This document shows, one piece after another, positions 37,949 through 46,276 of a DNA stretch of 64,000 bases (within the stretch, counting starts at the first letter, position 1; the number at the start of each line of letters is the position of its first letter). A program made the translations under genes and the position numbers. The notes under the pieces are model-generated. The model was not told where the DNA came from and ran no database searches. It saw only the letters and a program-made list of their open reading frames with translations. Source of the stretch: Bacteroidota bacterium (GTDB lineage: Bacteria > Bacteroidota > Bacteroidia > Bacteroidales > UBA4417); assembly GCA_013376995.1 (NCBI GenBank), contig JACAAZ010000002.1, positions 47,917 through 111,916 of the forward strand, in the 5' to 3' direction.

Positions 37949-40900
37949 ATGCATAAAATTGATATCCATCCCATCCTTGATGTTCCTCAACCAGAAAAGC
38001 TCACATTTTTATTCGAAGGCAATGAGATAACCGGAGAAAAAGGATTCACAATTGCTGCTGCCCTTCACCAGGCAGGGCATCCTGTACATAGCCACAGTTT
38101 GAAAAACAGGGAAAGAAGCCTGGAATGCGGTATTGGGAAATGTGGAGCCTGCGAAATGCTGGTCGATGGACAGATCCGGCGCATTTGCATTACTACAGTT
38201 GATGATATTCATGAGGTTAAAGAAATCCCTCACAATTTTTCACCGGTTGATGAACTCAAGGTTAGCAAAACTGCCATTAATGTTCACAAAACATCAGTTG
38301 CCATCATTGGTGCAGGTCCTGCCGGTCTGGCCTGCCGTGAAGAATTGATAAAACGTGGCATTGATAATATTGTAATCGATAACAATGATAAAATCGGGGG
38401 ACAATTCCTGATGCAGACCCACCAGTTTTTCTTTTTTGAGAAAGAAAAAAAATTCGGTGGAATGCGTGGATTTGATATTGCAAAGACGCTTGCAGGTGAT
38501 AGCCATGAAGGCATCTTCCTGAATTCAACGGTCTGGGATCTGCTGGAAGGCAAGAGAATAGCCGTAAAGAATATTAAGTCAGAAGAAATCTACTATGTTG
38601 ATGCCGATTACCTGGTTGTTGCAACAGGCGCCGTCCCTTTCATGCCCACCTTCGAAAACGATGACCTGCCGGGTGTTTATACCGCTGCCGTTGTTCAGAA
38701 GATGATGAATAATGAGTTCACTTTGCTTGGCAAAAATGTACTCACTGTAGGTGCCGGAAATATCGGCTATCTGACATCTTACCAATTGATGCAGGCAGGA
38801 GCAAAGGTCAAGGCAATCATTGAAGCCCAGCCATTTGAAGGTGGATTTCCAGTTCAGGCAAACCGGGTAAGGCGGCTGGGAATTCCTGTACTTACATCCC
38901 ATATCCTGTTAAAAGCCATTCCAAATGATGATCATTCAGGAATTACAGGTGCTTTGGTTGCTGAATGCAAAAATTTTGAAGCTGTTCCCGGAACTGAGAA
39001 AATCATCAGTGGCATCGACGCTATCAATATTTGTACGGGATTAGTCCAGGATGATCAATTGCTCATCAAAGGCAACGAGGTGTTCGGAAGGAATTGTTAC
39101 GGAGCCGGAGATGCCATCAGGATCGGGGAAGGAACCAGCGCCGTGGTAAGAGGGAAGCAGGTTGCTTTCGAGATCATGGAAGATATGTCAGAACCCTTTT
39201 CCTACGATGAATACCTGTCGGTTTCAAAGGAATACATTGATTCCCAGCAACATCCAATCCGGGTGATTCAGGAAGCCTTCCTCCCCTCATCAGAAAGGAT
39301 GAATGAAAAGCCGTTTGTGCTTATAGATTGCCTTTATGGTTTTGCCTGCAATCCATGTGAGTTTGCCTGTCCTCATGGAGCAATCACCAAAACTTCTACC
39401 AGCACGGTTCCCAATATTGATTTCAACAAGTGCATCGGTTGCATGGATTGTGTTTATCAATGTCCCGGCCTTGCTATCTTTGGTTATAGCCTGAAGAAAG
39501 ACTGGCTTTTCCTTCCAATTGAATACTTTGTTGAAGAAAAAACAGAGGTTTTCCTCGTTGATAACCATGGCCAAAAGTTAGGAAATGGTATTATTGAGAA
39601 GATCCTTAAAAAACCGAATAAGACGAATATTGCCCGGGTTAAGTCACTGGATATCCATGGAGAAGACCTGGTAAATGTGAGAGGCTTTATTTCAAAAGAG
39701 AATTTCCCTGAAGTTGTTTCCATGGAGCCTGCTATCTATCGCAAGGAGCAGGAAATGTATGTCTGCCATTGCGATGATGTTACAATGGGTGAGATTATCC
39801 AGACTATTGGCGACAGGAAATTCATTTCTGTTGATGAGATCAAGCACACCACAAGACTTGGGATGGGCGCATGCAGGGGAAAAAGATGTATTCGCAGGCT
39901 AAAGCAGGTACTAAGAAACAAGGGCATTTCAATAGTTGGAGATGCAACTCCACGAGGCCCGCTAAGCAACCAGCTTTCGCTTGGAGAGCTTTTCCCGAAT
40001 GGAATCCGTGAAAATATAATCATTCATAAAAGTGAGATCAGGACAAAAAAGGTAAAAGTTCTGATTGCTGGTGGAGGTATTGGTGGGAGTGCCCTGTTCA
40101 GGTACTTTGCTGAAGCCGGAGAAACACCCGTTCTCATTAATTATGGCAGGGGTGCTTCCTGGAGAAATATTGCAGGCGGCCGGCCGGCCTTCAGTCTTCC
40201 GGAAATTGCAGATATAGCGTTGCATAACCTGGAAATCTTCAAGGAATTACAGAAGATAAAGGATATAAATTTCCTCCAGACCCGCTACATCAACTTTGCC
40301 CATGATGATGCTACTTTTAAGGCATTGGATGAATCCAGGTCCTGGTCGGATGCCTATATGGTTGATCCTAAAAATTACAGTAAGGAAATAGCTCCCGGTA
40401 TAAATCCTGAACTTGGAAAAACTTACCAGGCAGCTTTGGTAACGCGTGATTGCTGGCAGGCAACCCCTGGAAGAGTTATCGACCTGATCCGCAGGATTGG
40501 TATTGAAAACGGAGGATTGGTATTTGAAGACTGCCAATTGATTGATGTGAGGAAAGTTGGGAACAAATACAAGATCCTTGTAAAGGACCATGATAAATCC
40601 TACATTGAATACGAAGCAGATCGTTTTGTGAATGCACTTGGCCCGGAAGGTGAGACCTTTACTCACCAACTGGGTATAGAAACAGGGTTGTTTTCTGTCA
40701 AACACCAGGCTTTTATTACACGCCGTTTACCCTACCTGGGAATTAACAATCAACCGCTGGATATGCTTATCGACAGGCGTAAATACAAGGGATTTTCAGC
40801 GGTTTATGGTCAGCAATTAGGAGAAACCGGCCAGATCATTGGCTGTGCGTCCCCGCTGGTTGAACCTGTTGAAGCACATAAAAACCTGAAGATCAACTCC

Positions 40901-41179
40901 AAGGATTTCCTTGAAATTGTATCAGAGGTATTTGTTTCCTGGCTGCCGCAACTATCTTCGGTTGGTTTCCAGGCTATCTGGGCGGGTTATTACGTTGAAC
41001 CCCGGATGGTGATAGACCCTGAACTCGGATTATTTATAGGGCTTAGGGGGCAAGGATTCATGCTGGGTCAATACCTTGCAAAGATGTATGTTGATAAATC
41101 GCTTGGAAAAGATGTTCCCGCCTATTTCAACCAGTTAAAACTCAATGGAGACGGGCTGCTTGAAAAAGCTTTCAAATAG
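37949..41179 (+). CDS. Five-module redox fusion protein (1076 aa): 2Fe-2S, FAD/NAD(P) pyridine-nucleotide oxidoreductase, 4Fe-4S, BFD-like 2Fe-2S, DAO-type FAD oxidase
   Basis: Motifs in order: CGIGKCGACEMLVDG; VAIIGAGPAGLA and VGAGNIGYL; CNPCEFACP and CIGCMDCVYQCP; CHCDDVTMGEI...GMGACRGKRC; VLIAGGGIGGSAL. All lie in one uninterrupted frame. Confidence 0.8.
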   Translation: MHKIDIHPILDVPQPEKLTFLFEGNEITGEKGFTIAAALHQAGHPVHSHSLKNRERSLECGIGKCGACEMLVDGQIRRICITTVDDIHEVKEIPHNFSPVDELKVSKTAINVHKTSVAIIGAGPAGLACREELIKRGIDNIVIDNNDKIGGQFLMQTHQFFFFEKEKKFGGMRGFDIAKTLAGDSHEGIFLNSTVWDLLEGKRIAVKNIKSEEIYYVDADYLVVATGAVPFMPTFENDDLPGVYTAAVVQKMMNNEFTLLGKNVLTVGAGNIGYLTSYQLMQAGAKVKAIIEAQPFEGGFPVQANRVRRLGIPVLTSHILLKAIPNDDHSGITGALVAECKNFEAVPGTEKIISGIDAINICTGLVQDDQLLIKGNEVFGRNCYGAGDAIRIGEGTSAVVRGKQVAFEIMEDMSEPFSYDEYLSVSKEYIDSQQHPIRVIQEAFLPSSERMNEKPFVLIDCLYGFACNPCEFACPHGAITKTSTSTVPNIDFNKCIGCMDCVYQCPGLAIFGYSLKKDWLFLPIEYFVEEKTEVFLVDNHGQKLGNGIIEKILKKPNKTNIARVKSLDIHGEDLVNVRGFISKENFPEVVSMEPAIYRKEQEMYVCHCDDVTMGEIIQTIGDRKFISVDEIKHTTRLGMGACRGKRCIRRLKQVLRNKGISIVGDATPRGPLSNQLSLGELFPNGIRENIIIHKSEIRTKKVKVLIAGGGIGGSALFRYFAEAGETPVLINYGRGASWRNIAGGRPAFSLPEIADIALHNLEIFKELQKIKDINFLQTRYINFAHDDATFKALDESRSWSDAYMVDPKNYSKEIAPGINPELGKTYQAALVTRDCWQATPGRVIDLIRRIGIENGGLVFEDCQLIDVRKVGNKYKILVKDHDKSYIEYEADRFVNALGPEGETFTHQLGIETGLFSVKHQAFITRRLPYLGINNQPLDMLIDRRKYKGFSAVYGQQLGETGQIIGCASPLVEPVEAHKNLKINSKDFLEIVSEVFVSWLPQLSSVGFQAIWAGYYVEPRMVIDPELGLFIGLRGQGFMLGQYLAKMYVDKSLGKDVPAYFNQLKLNGDGLLEKAFK

Positions 41180-41202
41180 AAAACGAAATCATAGATATTA
41201 TC

Positions 41203-41232
41203 AAAAAAGGCAACCCTCGGGCTGCCTTTTTT
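41203..41232. terminator. Bidirectional terminator between convergent genes
   Basis: In AAAAAAGGCAACCCTCGGGCTGCCTTTTTT, an A-tract and a T-tract flank a GC-rich 8-bp stem with one mismatch. Confidence 0.7.
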
Positions 41233-41259
41233 CTTCTGTTTTTGTTCGAAATATGATAA

Positions 41260-43737
41260 TTAACTAAAAAGTTTCTTGAATAGGCCGGCTTCCTCTGAAT
41301 CAAGCTCTTCGGTGTAATATCCGTGAGATGCTCCGTAACCGTAGCCATAACCATAACCGTAGCCATAGCCATAACCATATCCACCGTAAAGTGATTTTTC
41401 GAGGTTCACATCATTAACCAACACTACAGCATTCTTAACATTTCTTCCTTCAAGATCCGTTATGATGGCGGAGAACATTTTCTTATGCGTATAATTCTGA
41501 CGTGCCACCATAATGGTAACATCAGCATACTTCATCAGAAGATAAGCATCAGTAACAAGACCAATTGGAGGTGTATCAAGAACTATATAGTCATATATTC
41601 CCTGGAGTTTCTCGATCAGCTCATCATTTTTAGCCGTTGAGATAAGTTCAGTCGGGTTCGGTGGAATAGGACCGGCAGTAATAATATCAAGGTTATCAAA
41701 AGGTGTTTTCTGCACAATCTGGTCAATTGTAGCTTTTCCGATCAGGTAGGACGTAATACCAAAATCGTTGGACAAACCAAGATCCTGGTACAATTTCGGT
41801 TTACGAAGGTCATAACCTACTAGAAGCGTTTTCCTGTCGAACTGAGCGTAAATTGATGCCAGGTTCATTGAAGTAAAAGACTTTCCTTCACCGACAGTAC
41901 AAGAGCTCACAACTATGGTCACCTTGTCTTCCCCCTGTGTGATGAAATGCAGGTTGGTACGAACCGCCCTTATGGATTCAGTTAAGGATGATTTGGGATA
42001 GATGGCAGCAACCAGGTTGGTATTATGGCTATTATGCAGTATATGCCCGATAATAGGGAGATTCGTATGGTTTTCAACATCCCTCTTTTCAATAATGGTA
42101 TCGTTCAGGTAGTCCTTACCTAAGATGAAAATGATAGGTATGATTAACCCCAATAACAATGCAATGGTAAAGTTGAGGGTTGTTTTTGGATATACTTTAA
42201 CAGTAAGCGCAGGGTCTGCCTGGTCAAGTATTTCGTTGTCAGGAGTATTGCTGGCTAGTTTTATTTGTGCTTCAGATCTCTTTTCAAGAAGGAAGGTATA
42301 AATCTGGTTATTCAGGTTAACCATTCGCTTGATTCCAAGAAGCTGACGCTGTGTAGCCGGCAGATCTTTGAATTTCACAGTCAGCTGGTTGATCTTTCCT
42401 TCGAGGTCACGTAAGGTCATTTCTGAAGTAGAAACGGTTACTGAAATATTCTCAAGTAATGACTTTTGAGCGCTTTTAATCTTATTGTTCAGTGCGATGA
42501 TCTGCGGGCTTGTCTCCTTCAGGTTTGCTGATCTTTGGGAGCGTTCCGAATAGAGGCCGGTCAATTGGTTAACAAGTGCCGTCAATACCGGATCTTCAAT
42601 TCCCAGAGAAGAAGGAACGGGCATCTTGTCGATATCATCGTTGTTTTGCTTCAAATAGTTCTGGAGGTATCTATAGTAACGTATCTTAACAAGAAGGTCT
42701 GCTTTCTGGGATTGCATCTGATTGATATTAAGAAATGCTTGCTGCGACTGGGCATCCAAGTCCATGATCTCCCGGCTTGCCTGGAAATTTTGAAGCTGGG
42801 ATTCATTCGACCTGAGTGTATCCCCAATATCATTCAATTGTGAATCAATGAAACGAATGGTGTTGATGGCAATCCTGTTTTTCTTTTCAAGACCAAGTTG
42901 AATATACTCTTCGGTTAGTGAATTCAGAAAATCAACAGATTTGGCATTTGAATTCCCGCTCAGTGCAATAGAAACTATGTTCGCCTCCTTGTTTATGGGT
43001 TCAATTTCATAACCGGAAAAATTGGTTACCAGAGAATTAAGCGAATTAAAGTAGAACTGGTAGTTCTTACCTATATCAGTAGCCGGGTTGAATTTTTTGG
43101 ATAATATGATCTTGAATGAGAATGCGGAATCTTTAAGTTCTACACCAAACGGCACCTTCTTCTTTATTGAAATTGCTTTTATCTTCTCCTTTTCTACCTC
43201 AGTAAAATCTGTGTAATTGTAAAGCGAAATTTCCTGTCCGTCAGCTGTTAATTGATATTCCTTATTTGATAGAATCGTAATGTTGAATTTCAGGTTACTG
43301 ACCGGTTGCTTGTGCAAAGAATCAAATACAACGGTAAAAGGACTTTGCTTGTAGATCTCATTGATTACAAAATTATCTTCCTTTAAATAAGAAACATAAA
43401 AGTCCAGTTTCTGTACAGCCCTGGAAATGAGGAACCGCGATTTAAGAATTCCTATTTCTGTTTGAAGATCCTGGGTATTATCACTCGATCCAAGACCAAG
43501 CATTTTCTGTGGATCAATCATATTCCGCTGATCACCTTTGATAAGCAAGGTAGTCTTAACCTTATAAACAGATTTGGTGAACTTGTTGAATAAGAAAGCA
43601 AGCGCCAGCGAGACAAGTATTGCGATTACAAACAGGTACCAGTTGGATAGTATCTTATAAAATAGCGCTTTATAATCAATTGATTGATCTTTCTGCTTTA
43701 ATTCGGGATTAAAAATAGGAGAAGTATCCATTGCCAA
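41260..43737 (-). CDS. wzc: Polysaccharide co-polymerase / BY-type tyrosine autokinase (Wzc/GumC-like)
   Basis: It has two TM segments flanking a long coiled periplasmic domain, Walker A GEGKS, Walker B IVLDTPP, and a Tyr-rich tail. Confidence 0.85.
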   Translation of the reverse strand: MAMDTSPIFNPELKQKDQSIDYKALFYKILSNWYLFVIAILVSLALAFLFNKFTKSVYKVKTTLLIKGDQRNMIDPQKMLGLGSSDNTQDLQTEIGILKSRFLISRAVQKLDFYVSYLKEDNFVINEIYKQSPFTVVFDSLHKQPVSNLKFNITILSNKEYQLTADGQEISLYNYTDFTEVEKEKIKAISIKKKVPFGVELKDSAFSFKIILSKKFNPATDIGKNYQFYFNSLNSLVTNFSGYEIEPINKEANIVSIALSGNSNAKSVDFLNSLTEEYIQLGLEKKNRIAINTIRFIDSQLNDIGDTLRSNESQLQNFQASREIMDLDAQSQQAFLNINQMQSQKADLLVKIRYYRYLQNYLKQNNDDIDKMPVPSSLGIEDPVLTALVNQLTGLYSERSQRSANLKETSPQIIALNNKIKSAQKSLLENISVTVSTSEMTLRDLEGKINQLTVKFKDLPATQRQLLGIKRMVNLNNQIYTFLLEKRSEAQIKLASNTPDNEILDQADPALTVKVYPKTTLNFTIALLLGLIIPIIFILGKDYLNDTIIEKRDVENHTNLPIIGHILHNSHNTNLVAAIYPKSSLTESIRAVRTNLHFITQGEDKVTIVVSSCTVGEGKSFTSMNLASIYAQFDRKTLLVGYDLRKPKLYQDLGLSNDFGITSYLIGKATIDQIVQKTPFDNLDIITAGPIPPNPTELISTAKNDELIEKLQGIYDYIVLDTPPIGLVTDAYLLMKYADVTIMVARQNYTHKKMFSAIITDLEGRNVKNAVVLVNDVNLEKSLYGGYGYGYGYGYGYGYGYGASHGYYTEELDSEEAGLFKKLFS
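41332..41388 (-). repeat. Gly-Tyr dipeptide run YGGYGYGYGYGYGYGYGYG in the Wzc tail
   Basis: Read directly from the sequence. It uses alternating GGN/TAY codons with mixed synonymous choices. Confidence 0.9.
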
Positions 43738-43757
43738 TTATATATTTTAGGACCAGG

Positions 43758-44543
43758 TTAGAATTTGAAAAATGTCATGAGCGCCAGTACAGTGGAAAGA
43801 CTGGACAAAATGAGGGAATAAGGAAACGATTCAAAGGCAAATTGCTTGTTTTTAAGTGGTTCTACATAAAGGATGTCTCCAGGACGAAGGTAATAGAATT
43901 CAGAACTAAGGATGTCCTTTTTTGTCAGATCAAGCGTATATACCATTGTATTCCCGTCAATCTTCCTGAGTAGTTTGACTGCATTCCTGTTGGAATAGGT
44001 TGTCAGGTCGTCTGCCAGGGAAAAAGCTTCAAAAATGGTTATACAACTCTGATTAATTGAAAATGTTCCCGGATTTTTTACCTCTCCAAGAACCGTAACC
44101 CTGAAATTTACCAGCCTGACTATAACACCAGGGTTAGCAATTTCTTTTAACATAAGATCATGGATCTGTCGTTCAATTTCCTGGATATCCAATCCGCCGG
44201 CTTTGATCTTGCCAAGCAAGGGAAAGTTTATCAATCCCGAATCATTCACCTGGTAGCTGTTTAAATATATTCCCTGCTCATTATTGCTGGAATATTGTCC
44301 GCTTCCGTTCATGCCGGCATAAACATCGTTTGTTTCCTTATCCATAGTAAAAAGACGGATAAAGAGATAGTCACCAGGTTGGACCTTGTAGTCGGGTATC
44401 TTATTCTCAAAATATGATTTGGGAACCGCTCCTTGAGGATCCTGCATGTATCTAACCTTTTCCTGAGGTACACATGAAATCATAAGTGAACAGACCAGGG
44501 CCATACATATGACTGCAATTGATTTGTTATTCATCTTCTTCAT
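43758..44543 (-). CDS. wza: Outer-membrane polysaccharide export protein (Wza family)
   Basis: It has a signal/lipoprotein-like N-terminus (SLMISC), the Poly_export motif YKVQPGDYLFIRLF, an SLBB-like block (VTVLGEVKNPG), and lies immediately upstream of wzc. Confidence 0.8.
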   Translation of the reverse strand: MKKMNNKSIAVICMALVCSLMISCVPQEKVRYMQDPQGAVPKSYFENKIPDYKVQPGDYLFIRLFTMDKETNDVYAGMNGSGQYSSNNEQGIYLNSYQVNDSGLINFPLLGKIKAGGLDIQEIERQIHDLMLKEIANPGVIVRLVNFRVTVLGEVKNPGTFSINQSCITIFEAFSLADDLTTYSNRNAVKLLRKIDGNTMVYTLDLTKKDILSSEFYYLRPGDILYVEPLKNKQFAFESFPYSLILSSLSTVLALMTFFKF

Positions 44544-44704
44544 ACTTCAATTATGTACTATATTAATGTATCAACGACCAAGAAGTTATCAATAATTCGA
44601 GACAAAAATATGAATTTGAACTGAATGAGTGTTGTGTCGTCTCCGGGGCAGTCAATTTATCTGTTTGTTTTTCAGAATTTTATGTCAAAATAAGGATTAT
44701 TATA

Positions 44705-46039
44705 TTATTGTTTCATAACATTTCCTTTAAGTGTAGCAGCAGTACAACCTTCAATTTTAACAGTCACATAGTCGCCTGGCTGATAATTCCCTTTCTCAAA
44801 AACAACAACCTTATTCTGACTATTTCTTCCAAATAACTGGTTTTCTGACCGTTTTGACAGCCCTTCAGCCAGGACCTGGAAGATTTTACCAATATCGCGT
44901 TTGTTACTTTTTAGTGACAATTCCTGTTGAACCGCAATAATCTCATTCAGGCGACTGCTTTTGACATCCTCGCTGACATCATCCTTAAATTTTTTTGCTG
45001 CAATCGTATTTGGACGTTCGGAATACTTGAACATATAAGCATAATCAAATCCGACTGACTTCATCAGAGAAATGGTCTCCTGGTGATCCTCTTCAGATTC
45101 TCCGCTGAATCCTGCTATAAGATCTGTTGAAATAGCACAATCGGGCAGGTATTTCCTGATAGCTTCAATTCTTTCAAGATACCACTCCCTTGTATAGCCA
45201 CGGTTCATAAGTTTGAGCATCCTTGAACTTCCTGATTGAACAGGGAGGTGAATTGACTTACAAATATTTTCATTGCCAGCCATCACTTTAAGAAGTTCAT
45301 CAGATAGATCTTTAGGGTGAGATGTTGCAAAGCGTACCCGGATCTGGCTATTAACCCCAGCTACCTGAGTCATCAATCCGGGAAAATCTACCGATATTCC
45401 ATCTTCTTCCCAATGGTAAGAATTTACATTCTGCCCAAGAAGAGTCACCTCCCTGAAACCTTGATCATAAAGGCTGGAAAACTCATTAATTATGGATTGT
45501 GGGTTCCGGCTGCGTTCCTTTCCGCGAGTGTATGGTACAACACAGTATGCACAAAAATTCTCACATCCCCGCATTATACTTATAAACGCAGTGATTCCAT
45601 TTCCACTAAGCCTGACCGGATTAATGTCAGCATAGGTTTCATCAATGGACAGGAGCGTATTTATAGCTTTCTGCCCGGATTCAACCTGTTCCAGCAACTT
45701 TGGAAGAGATCGGTACCCATCCGGCCCAACAATAAGGTCAATATGTTTCTCTTCCTCCAGTAATTTATCCTTGAGCCGCTCAGCCATACATCCTAAAATT
45801 CCGATCATCAGGTTTGGGTTGCGGCGCTTTAACGAATGCAATTCATTCAGTCTTTTACGTACGCGTTGTTCTGCATTGTCACGTATTGAACAGGTATTCA
45901 TCAGGATGAGGTCGGCCGATTTCATATCGGCGGCCGGCACATAATCATTTTCTAAAAGTATGGAACCAACGATTTCACTGTCTGAGAAATTCATCTGGCA
46001 ACCATAGGTCTCTATATATACTTTCTTTTTAGTCTCCAC
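44705..46039 (-). CDS. miaB: tRNA-2-methylthio-N6-dimethylallyladenosine synthase
   Basis: It has an N-terminal YIETYGCQMN, the radical-SAM CENFCAYCVVP motif, and a TRAM-like C-terminus. It uses a GTG start. Confidence 0.9.
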   Translation of the reverse strand: METKKKVYIETYGCQMNFSDSEIVGSILLENDYVPAADMKSADLILMNTCSIRDNAEQRVRKRLNELHSLKRRNPNLMIGILGCMAERLKDKLLEEEKHIDLIVGPDGYRSLPKLLEQVESGQKAINTLLSIDETYADINPVRLSGNGITAFISIMRGCENFCAYCVVPYTRGKERSRNPQSIINEFSSLYDQGFREVTLLGQNVNSYHWEEDGISVDFPGLMTQVAGVNSQIRVRFATSHPKDLSDELLKVMAGNENICKSIHLPVQSGSSRMLKLMNRGYTREWYLERIEAIRKYLPDCAISTDLIAGFSGESEEDHQETISLMKSVGFDYAYMFKYSERPNTIAAKKFKDDVSEDVKSSRLNEIIAVQQELSLKSNKRDIGKIFQVLAEGLSKRSENQLFGRNSQNKVVVFEKGNYQPGDYVTVKIEGCTAATLKGNVMKQ

Positions 46040-46079
46040 ACCAAATCTGCAAATGAAAGGTTATCATCGAATGAAGGTG

Positions 46080-46087
46080 CAAAGGTA
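46080..46087 (-). promoter_or_regulatory. -7 promoter box for miaB
   Basis: The minus strand reads TACCTTTG, matching TAnnTTTG, 40 nt upstream of the GTG at 46039. Confidence 0.4.
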
Positions 46088-46276
46088 CAATTAATTTAGT
46101 TAAATAATGATGTTGTATGTGTTTGATTTTCTGATATATAAAGTGTTAAAATAAAATCATTCTATTGAAAACAAAAGCATACCTCCTTATTCATTGTTAA
46201 AATAAGGCTGGTATTACTATTGAAATTGTTGTAAATTAATTGTTTTACTTTGCAGAATAATTCCGGGTTAGAGGAT

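Noticed and set aside
38284-38553. Three overlapping minus-strand ORFs (70-89 aa) and others inside the 1076-aa oxidoreductase gene.
   Set aside because: They are antisense shadows within a continuous ORF carrying ordered cofactor motifs.
41332-41388. The GY-encoding hexanucleotide repeat as a slippage-prone phase-variation tract.
   Set aside because: The codons alternate among GGT/GGC/GGA and TAT/TAC, so no perfect DNA repeat longer than about 12 nt exists.
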